A stretch of DNA of 64,000 bases from Candidatus Aenigmatarchaeota archaeon (lineage in GTDB: Archaea > Aenigmatarchaeota > Aenigmatarchaeia > CG10238-14 > SCSR01): positions 448,001-512,000 of the forward strand of contig JAVZHQ010000001.1 in assembly GCA_038998335.1 (NCBI GenBank), read 5' to 3'. The translations under genes were made by a program, and so were the position numbers. The notes under the pieces were generated by a model that did no database searches, had not been told where the DNA came from, and worked only from the letters and a program-made list of their open reading frames with translations. Shown one piece after another: positions 58,039-64,000 of this stretch (positions are counted from its first letter, which is position 1; each line of letters opens with the position of its first letter).

Positions 58039-58449
58039 ATGAAAGTTTTCCAAGAAGAGTTTGAGGTTAAAAGTTCAAGAAGAAGGGAAGTAATTGATAT
58101 AACAGAAGAAATTGAAAGAATAGTTGAAAAAAGCAAAATAAAAAATGGTTTATGCCTAATTTTTCTTCCTCATGCAACTTCTGCCATAATTTTTGAAGAA
58201 GACGAAGCTGGTTTAATAGAAGATATAGAAAAATTTTTAGAGAAAAATTTCCCGAGAGGAGCAGGCTATAAGCATGATTTAATAGATGATAATGCTGACG
58301 CTCATTTGGCTAGTGGTTTTGTAGGACAATCGAGAATTTATCCTATAGAAAATGGAAGAATAGTAAGAGGGACTTGGCAACATGCTCTTTTAATTGAACT
58401 AGATGGCCCAAGAAGAAGAAGCGTGCATATAACAATAATTGGAGATTAA
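58039..58449 (+). CDS. YjbQ/UPF0047 family protein
   Basis: DIT, PHATSA, H...DDNADAHL, GTWQ...ELDGPR. Confidence 0.92.
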   Translation: MKVFQEEFEVKSSRRREVIDITEEIERIVEKSKIKNGLCLIFLPHATSAIIFEEDEAGLIEDIEKFLEKNFPRGAGYKHDLIDDNADAHLASGFVGQSRIYPIENGRIVRGTWQHALLIELDGPRRRSVHITIIGD

Positions 58450-59324
58450 TTTTTGAACAAATTAGCAATCAAATCAGCTAGAGAAATCTTGCTGAACTTT
58501 GTTTCTACGCTATCAGTAGAAATTATTTCTTTTATTCCAGCTTTTAAAATCTGTTTTTCGCTTTTTCTGTCTATTAAAGCATGAGTAACTACAGCATAAA
58601 TTTCATCTATGCAATTTCTCAATTCTTTAGCTACTGGTATTAAAGTGCTTCCTCCTGAAGCTAAATCATCAACTATAACAGCACGTTTTTCTCTTTTAAT
58701 ATTCTTTAGATTTTTCAAAGAAGTTTCGTCGAAAAACACTCTTCCATTTTTGTCTCTTCTTTTCTCTAAAGTAACATAACTAGAATCTAAAACTTTTGCT
58801 ATAGTTATTGCTTTTCTTTCAGCGTTTTTGTCTGGTGCTACTATTAAAGAATTGCTTAAACCTCTTTTCTTCAAATAGTTTGCTATAACATTGCTTGGGT
58901 CTAAACTACCTTTGTAAAAGGAATACTTTTGTAAAACAATTTCAGAGTGAGGGTCTACTGTATACAACTCTTTTATTCCAGAACTAGATAAAATTTTTAG
59001 AGCAACTTCAGCATTCCTGCTTTCATTTTTTAGTGGTTTATCCTGCCTTTGGAAAGCAAGATAAGGGATAACAGCTTTAATACAAGAAACCTCATTATTT
59101 AACAAAAGATCTGTTACAAAGCAAGTACGAACTATTGAACCAAATTGGTCTGGATAAAAGCTTTGAATGTAAACTATTTCTTCGTTCCTTAAATTTTTGT
59201 TCAATACATATTTCCCTTCACCATCTTTAAAAGGAATGTAAGGAATGCTAACACATTCTATTCCTAACTTTTGAGCAACTTTTGGGGCCAACTTTCTTGA
59301 AGTTAAAGTAACTACTTTCATCAA
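58446..59324 (-). CDS. prs: Ribose-phosphate pyrophosphokinase
   Basis: F.DGE, PYLAFQRQDK, VDPHS, VAPD, IVDDLASGGST, TH, TDSV. Confidence 0.88.
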   Translation of the reverse strand: MMKVVTLTSRKLAPKVAQKLGIECVSIPYIPFKDGEGKYVLNKNLRNEEIVYIQSFYPDQFGSIVRTCFVTDLLLNNEVSCIKAVIPYLAFQRQDKPLKNESRNAEVALKILSSSGIKELYTVDPHSEIVLQKYSFYKGSLDPSNVIANYLKKRGLSNSLIVAPDKNAERKAITIAKVLDSSYVTLEKRRDKNGRVFFDETSLKNLKNIKREKRAVIVDDLASGGSTLIPVAKELRNCIDEIYAVVTHALIDRKSEKQILKAGIKEIISTDSVETKFSKISLADLIANLFKN

Positions 59325-59365
59325 TTTTTCTTATAAAAATTAATTTTAAATATTCTAAACTAAAA

Positions 59366-60907
59366 TTGAAACTTGTGGAATTAAGCCTTTTGAGAAAAGA
59401 TTTGATAGAGCCAAGAGAATATCAGCTTAGAATAGCTGAAACTGCAAGCAGAAGAAATACCTTAGTGGTTTTACCAACAGGCACAGGAAAAACTTTAATT
59501 TCTCTTTTAGTTGGTTTACATAGATTGGAAAAATTTCCTCAGAGCAAAATCCTAATAACAAGCCCTACTAGACCATTAAACGCTCAACACAAAAAAACTT
59601 TTGAAAATTTTTCAAATATCGAGCCTGAAAAAATTGTTTTAGTAACCGGAAAGATCAAGCCAGAAGAAAGAAAAAAGTTGTATGAAGTTGGAAAGGTAAT
59701 AACAGGTACACCACAATGTTTTCAGAATGATTTGGAAAATGGGAGGCTTAACCTAGAAAACTTCAGTTTCATAACTTTTGACGAAGCACATAGAGCAGTA
59801 AAAGACTATTCTTATACTTTTATAGCAAAAAAGTATATCGAGCAAGCAAAAAATCCTTTAATCCTTGCTTTAACCGCTTCTCCTGGAGGAAGTTTTGAGA
59901 GAATAGAAGAAGTAAAGAAAAATCTTTTTATAGAAGCTGTTGAAATAAGAAGCGAAACTGATGAAGATTTAAAAAAGTATGTTCATCCCATAAAAAAAGA
60001 TTGGGTTTATGTCGAGTTACCAGAAGATTTCGAAAAAATAAAGGTTTTGCTGCAAGAAAAATTAAAAGAAACGCTTGTTTGGTTAAGAGACCATAACTTT
60101 CTTCAAACTCTTAGGCCAAGCAAAAAATCTTTGCTTATGCTTCAAGAAAAGTTTAGCTTAAGAGTAATGGAAGGGGCAAAAAACTATTATATAGCAGCAA
60201 TAATGAAGGTTGCGGAAGCGATAAAGCTTGAGCATGCTTTGGAACTTTTAGAGACTCAAGGAATTTCTCCTTTGCTAGATTTCTTTAGCAAGATAGAAGC
60301 AAGTAAGAAAAGGAGCGATAAGCTGCTAGCAAAAGATTTGAGAATAAAAGAAGCCATAAAAATTGCTCAACAACTTTATTCAAAAGGAATAGAACATCCT
60401 AAGTTAGAAAAACTTTTGTTTATAGTTAAAGATTTGCTGAAAGAAAATTCTTCTAACAGAATAATTGTTTTTGCAAATTACAGAAGCACTATTGACAAGA
60501 TAAATGAGACAATGAGAAAAAATGGAATTAAATCTGAAATTTTGATTGGACAAGCAAAAAGAGAAAAAACAGGACTAACACAACAAAAGCAGATTGAAAC
60601 ATTGGAAAGATTTACAAGAAGCGAGTTTAACGTGCTTTGCGGTACTTCAATTTCAGAAGAAGGTTTATCTATTCCTAATGTAGACTATGTCATTTTTTAT
60701 GAAAGTGTACCTTCAGAAATAAGAGCTATCCAAAGAAGAGGAAGAACAGGAAGGACTAGCCCGGGTAAAATCATTTATTTGATCACCAAAAACACTCGTG
60801 ACGAAGCTTATTATTGGGCTGCTTTCCATAGAGAAAAGAAAATGAAGGGAATTCTGTATAAAATGAAAGAGAAAAGAAGAACATTAAAAGATTGGTTAAG
60901 CTTTTAA
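59366..60907 (+). CDS. hef: Hef/FANCM-type SF2 helicase (helicase part only)
   Basis: PREYQ, LPTGTGKT, DEAHRA, LTASPG, HPKL, SEEGL, QRRGRTGR. Confidence 0.9.
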   Translation: MKLVELSLLRKDLIEPREYQLRIAETASRRNTLVVLPTGTGKTLISLLVGLHRLEKFPQSKILITSPTRPLNAQHKKTFENFSNIEPEKIVLVTGKIKPEERKKLYEVGKVITGTPQCFQNDLENGRLNLENFSFITFDEAHRAVKDYSYTFIAKKYIEQAKNPLILALTASPGGSFERIEEVKKNLFIEAVEIRSETDEDLKKYVHPIKKDWVYVELPEDFEKIKVLLQEKLKETLVWLRDHNFLQTLRPSKKSLLMLQEKFSLRVMEGAKNYYIAAIMKVAEAIKLEHALELLETQGISPLLDFFSKIEASKKRSDKLLAKDLRIKEAIKIAQQLYSKGIEHPKLEKLLFIVKDLLKENSSNRIIVFANYRSTIDKINETMRKNGIKSEILIGQAKREKTGLTQQKQIETLERFTRSEFNVLCGTSISEEGLSIPNVDYVIFYESVPSEIRAIQRRGRTGRTSPGKIIYLITKNTRDEAYYWAAFHREKKMKGILYKMKEKRRTLKDWLSF

Positions 60908-62310
60908 TCTTTAATAAACCATTTATTCGGGTTTGGAGGCTTTCCTTTAATGCAGGAAACTTTCGATTTTGACAACTTAAGTAACTCATGTAAATGTTTA
61001 GTTACTCCTCTCTTTCCAATTCCAAGCTGCATAGAAATTTCCTTAACTGTTAATGGTTTACCAGCATTTTTAAGTAGCCCAATTATTCTTTCTTTATTTT
61101 TAAAAGGAACCTTGTGTGAACTTAGAAGAATGAAACCCTCTTCTAGTCTTTTCTTCATCTCAGGGAGAAATTCAAATATATTAACTTCAATCATCTTTTT
61201 GAAATTCTTGAAACCGCATATCGTAATATCAGAACTCTTTTCGCTTTCCTCTCCCCCTATTCCAATTTTCTTTAATAAAGACAAAGTTAATCTTCTCCAT
61301 CTTTTTTCTTTTAAAGTTATTGTTACCTCATTTACAACACCTTTTCTTGTTCGTCCACACCAACCTTCTCCTGCAATAACTCCTTTTAGGAAGGACAACT
61401 CAGAATTTGGAACATTGTTAATAATATTTTCTACATTTGAAAGTAAGCCATCAATAAGCAATCTGGACAATAAGAAGTTGCATTCTAAATGAAATGTACC
61501 CATTTCCTTCACAGGAATTCTTTTTATTTTACTCCTATCTTTTTTTATTACTACACTTTTTATTTGTTCTTTCTTTAAACCAGTTACTTTAAGCCAAAAA
61601 TTTTTAACTTTAATTTTGTTATTCTTAAAACGCGATCTTGAATGAACTTGAACCCAACCTGTTAATTTTTCTTTATTTATGCCTATGTGTTCAAAAAACT
61701 TTATCGACTGCTGAATTATCAAGGGCTCACTATTTGAAACTTTTGGTCTTCTTTCACTTTTTGTACCTTCAGCCACCCAAATTCCTAGCCCGACTAGGAA
61801 GTCTTTATTTATCTCGATTAGTGCTGGCAATTTCAATGGTTGGGGATTCTCCTTATTTCTATTTTCAAAAAACACAACAATAAAACGATTAAGAAAAATA
61901 AACTTTATGTCTTTTCCATTAAAATCTCGTGGAAAAAGAAGTGGGGTATTTAAAAACCATTTACCATTTTTGAAAATAAGTACATCTTCCTCCATTAGTT
62001 CTGCTCTTTTTATACATTTCATTTTATTCAATATTTTATCATCTAAAACTAAAGAATTTTTAACTTTCTTTCCAAGCTTAAGTAACTCCTTCAATGGAAT
62101 TTTGTTATTTTTCACAAATGATAAAATCTTAAGTTGAAAATCTTCAGAAATTTCACGCTTTTTATTTAACCAAGAGGAAATGCTACTTACACTCACTTGC
62201 AAAATCTTGCTTAGCTCTCTTTCTGTAATTTTATGAGTAAACAAAATTCCCTGAAGTAAATTGCTCCAGTCTTCTTTACTTAATTTTTCAGCTTCCAATA
62301 TTTTCACCAA
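60904..62310 (-). CDS. HTH - double LAGLIDADG - winged-HTH protein (homing-endonuclease-like)
   Basis: N-terminal XRE HTH; LGIWVAEG and FLKGVIAGEG motifs; C-terminal wHTH (LTVKEISMQLGI....V.KHL). Confidence 0.75.
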   Translation of the reverse strand: MVKILEAEKLSKEDWSNLLQGILFTHKITERELSKILQVSVSSISSWLNKKREISEDFQLKILSFVKNNKIPLKELLKLGKKVKNSLVLDDKILNKMKCIKRAELMEEDVLIFKNGKWFLNTPLLFPRDFNGKDIKFIFLNRFIVVFFENRNKENPQPLKLPALIEINKDFLVGLGIWVAEGTKSERRPKVSNSEPLIIQQSIKFFEHIGINKEKLTGWVQVHSRSRFKNNKIKVKNFWLKVTGLKKEQIKSVVIKKDRSKIKRIPVKEMGTFHLECNFLLSRLLIDGLLSNVENIINNVPNSELSFLKGVIAGEGWCGRTRKGVVNEVTITLKEKRWRRLTLSLLKKIGIGGEESEKSSDITICGFKNFKKMIEVNIFEFLPEMKKRLEEGFILLSSHKVPFKNKERIIGLLKNAGKPLTVKEISMQLGIGKRGVTKHLHELLKLSKSKVSCIKGKPPNPNKWFIKD

Positions 62311-62342
62311 TTTTAAATGAATAAAATCTTTTTATATAGTTT

Positions 62343-62360
62343 CCGGGAGTAAACTTCCGG
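62343..62360. promoter_or_regulatory. GC-rich inverted repeat upstream of the LAGLIDADG gene
   Basis: CCGGGAG-TAAA-CTTCCGG in an AT-rich divergent intergenic region. Confidence 0.4.
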
Positions 62361-62401
62361 TGAATTTTTATAAATTAGAATTATCAAATTTGATTTGAAA
62401 A

Positions 62402-62665
62402 ATGATTGAAAAGTTAAAAGAAATAAGCCGATACACAAGAAAAATTCCTGAAAAGCTAAGCATAGAGGAAATTATAATGTTTGGAATAAAAATTTTAAGC
62501 AAGGAAGAAAATAGCAATCCTATTTGTCTAACTTCTGAGCTCAAGATGGAAAAACAAGGAAACTTTTTTATCATTGGCTTGTATAAAGAATTTTCAAACT
62601 ACTCAGAGCTTGAAAGAATATGGATAATAGACAAGAAAAAAGTTGAATTTTATAAGCTTGAGTGA
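62402..62665 (+). CDS. Hypothetical protein
   Basis: 87-aa ORF with host-like composition. Confidence 0.6.
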   Translation: MIEKLKEISRYTRKIPEKLSIEEIIMFGIKILSKEENSNPICLTSELKMEKQGNFFIIGLYKEFSNYSELERIWIIDKKKVEFYKLE

Positions 62666-62711
62666 AAAATCTTTATATTCTTGCAAAAAATCAAGAAATT
62701 AAGGTGAAATT

Positions 62712-63356
62712 TTGGACACACAAAAAATCCTTAAACCAAAAGAAAAAATTCTTATAGTTTGCGATTATAGAGAAAAAGAGGTTATAGAAGAATTGAAAAA
62801 ACTTGGAGCCTTGGTTAACGTTCAAAGCCTAGAAATTGGAGATTTTGTTCTTTCTGAAAAAGTTTGTGTTGAGAAAAAAACTCATTCAGATTTTATTTCT
62901 TCGATAATCGATGGAAGAATATTCGAGCAAGCTTCTTTGTTAAGAAAAAATTTTGAAAAACCGATAATTGTTATAGAAGGCTATTCAAACAGAGAAATAA
63001 GTGATAATGCCTTAAAAGCTGCTTTAGCATGCTTGCTAATAGATTTTGGAATTTCTCTAGTAAGCACAAAAAATTCTTTCGATACTGCTAAGCTTATTTA
63101 TTGGATTGCCAAAAAAGAACAAAGCGAAACAAAAAGTGAAGTAGCGATAAAAGTTGGAAAAAAACCTAAGGATATAAGAAAAATTCAAGAGTTTATAGTA
63201 TCTTCACTACCAGGAGTTTCGACAAAAACTGCTGTAAAGCTATTAAAAAATTTTGGAAGCGTTGAGAAAGTTTTTAGCGCAAGCGAAGAAGAGCTAAAAA
63301 AAGTTATAGGCAAAAAGGCTGAAAAGATTAAAAAGATTCTAAGCGAGAAATATTAA
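62712..63356 (+). CDS. ERCC4/XPF nuclease with HhH domain
   Basis: D.RE, GDF, VEKKT..DF..SIIDGR..EQ, LPGV...A..LL..FGSV; GGTGA SD before TTG. Confidence 0.9.
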   Translation: MDTQKILKPKEKILIVCDYREKEVIEELKKLGALVNVQSLEIGDFVLSEKVCVEKKTHSDFISSIIDGRIFEQASLLRKNFEKPIIVIEGYSNREISDNALKAALACLLIDFGISLVSTKNSFDTAKLIYWIAKKEQSETKSEVAIKVGKKPKDIRKIQEFIVSSLPGVSTKTAVKLLKNFGSVEKVFSASEEELKKVIGKKAEKIKKILSEKY

Positions 63357-63367
63357 TTGGTGTTTAT

Positions 63368-63874
63368 CTGACAAAAGGAATTATTGTTGGAATTGATATT
63401 GGCTTAACAGTTGGTATAGCAATTCTTGACACGAAAGGAAATATTGTTGAATTAACGAGCAAAAAGGAAGCTAAAAAAAGTGAAATAATAAGGCATATTT
63501 TAAAATTTGGAAAGCCTTTGGTAATAGCCTCTGATGTTAACCCTGTGCCAAAAACTATAGAAAAAATTGCAAGCTCTCTAGGAAGCAGGCTTTTTTATCC
63601 AGAAGTTTCCTTGTCAAACGTAGAAAAAGTAAAGATAATTCAAAAGTATGAAAAAATTATAAAAGATTCTCATCAGAAAGATGCTTTGGCCGCTTGCCTA
63701 AAAGCTTTCAAGCACTACCATGAACTTTTCTTAAGAATAGAGGATTTTTTGAAGAAAATAAATAAAAAAGAAATTTATGAAAAAGTTGTGGAAGAGGTTA
63801 TGAAAAGTGAGAGCGAAAATATAGTTAATGCTACAAAAAAAATTTTGGAGAGAAAGGATGAAAAAAATAAATGA
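63368..63874 (+). CDS. DUF460 family (RNase H-like) protein, probable CTG start
   Basis: In-frame IIVGIDIGLTVGIAILD upstream of the first TTG (63518); ASDV.P.P and HQKDALAA motifs. Confidence 0.8.
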   Translation: MTKGIIVGIDIGLTVGIAILDTKGNIVELTSKKEAKKSEIIRHILKFGKPLVIASDVNPVPKTIEKIASSLGSRLFYPEVSLSNVEKVKIIQKYEKIIKDSHQKDALAACLKAFKHYHELFLRIEDFLKKINKKEIYEKVVEEVMKSESENIVNATKKILERKDEKNK

Positions 63875-64000
63875 AAAACTCTTGAAAGTTCTTTTGTTTT
63901 TCATAAAATTGAACATCTTGGTTATTCCTCTTTATGTCATAATTTATCTTGATGTTTCCTTTCCTATGCTTCAAAACTTTTTAGCTTCAAGCTTGCATTT
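63858..64000 (+). CDS. Membrane protein, possibly archaeosortase/exosortase-like (3'-truncated)
   Basis: MKKINEKLLKVLLFFIKLNILVIPLYVIIYLDVSFPMLQNFLA... open to the window end; product call is tentative. Confidence 0.5.
   Translation, partial: MKKINEKLLKVLLFFIKLNILVIPLYVIIYLDVSFPMLQNFLASSLH

Noticed and set aside
60904-62310. Intein or group I intron interrupting hef
   Set aside because: The gene is antisense to hef, has no intein termini, and both hef halves have their own start and stop signals.

Overview
AT-rich (Lys/Glu-rich proteins), gene-dense archaeal chromosome segment. Evidence for archaea: GatD/GatE, ABCE1, GTPBP1-type GTPase, AlaX-M, Hef, a BHB-intron tRNA and a PGF-pre-PGF surface protein. 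The gene content and many small orphan genes suggest a DPANN lineage, possibly Aenigmarchaeota-like; this is inference. Most genes are housekeeping: translation and tRNA modification, glnA-gatDE, repair helicases and transporters, plus one Type IIG restriction-modification gene. Strongest candidates for undescribed biology: (1) tRNA-Ser(CGA) whose 53-nt BHB intron has complete box C/D'/C'/D guide-RNA architecture, with a D guide that could target tRNA C56; (2) an isoprenoid locus with an Rv3378c/cis-prenyltransferase-like enzyme, a divergent class I isoprenoid synthase and glycerol-1-phosphate dehydrogenase, behind an Lrp and V4R sensor pair; (3) a 9-gene module built largely of paralog pairs: two nucleotidyltransferase-HEPN fusions, a metal TIM barrel with a large insertion, a coiled-coil protein, two unannotated 2-TM microproteins and two paralogous unknown proteins. 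Also noted: a split Hef interrupted by an HTH-LAGLIDADG-wHTH gene, a circularly permuted Zn-finger paralog pair (one behind a structured leader with no canonical start), an unannotated Sm-like microprotein, and a probable CTG start codon. All family assignments come from motifs recognised by eye; no database searches were run.
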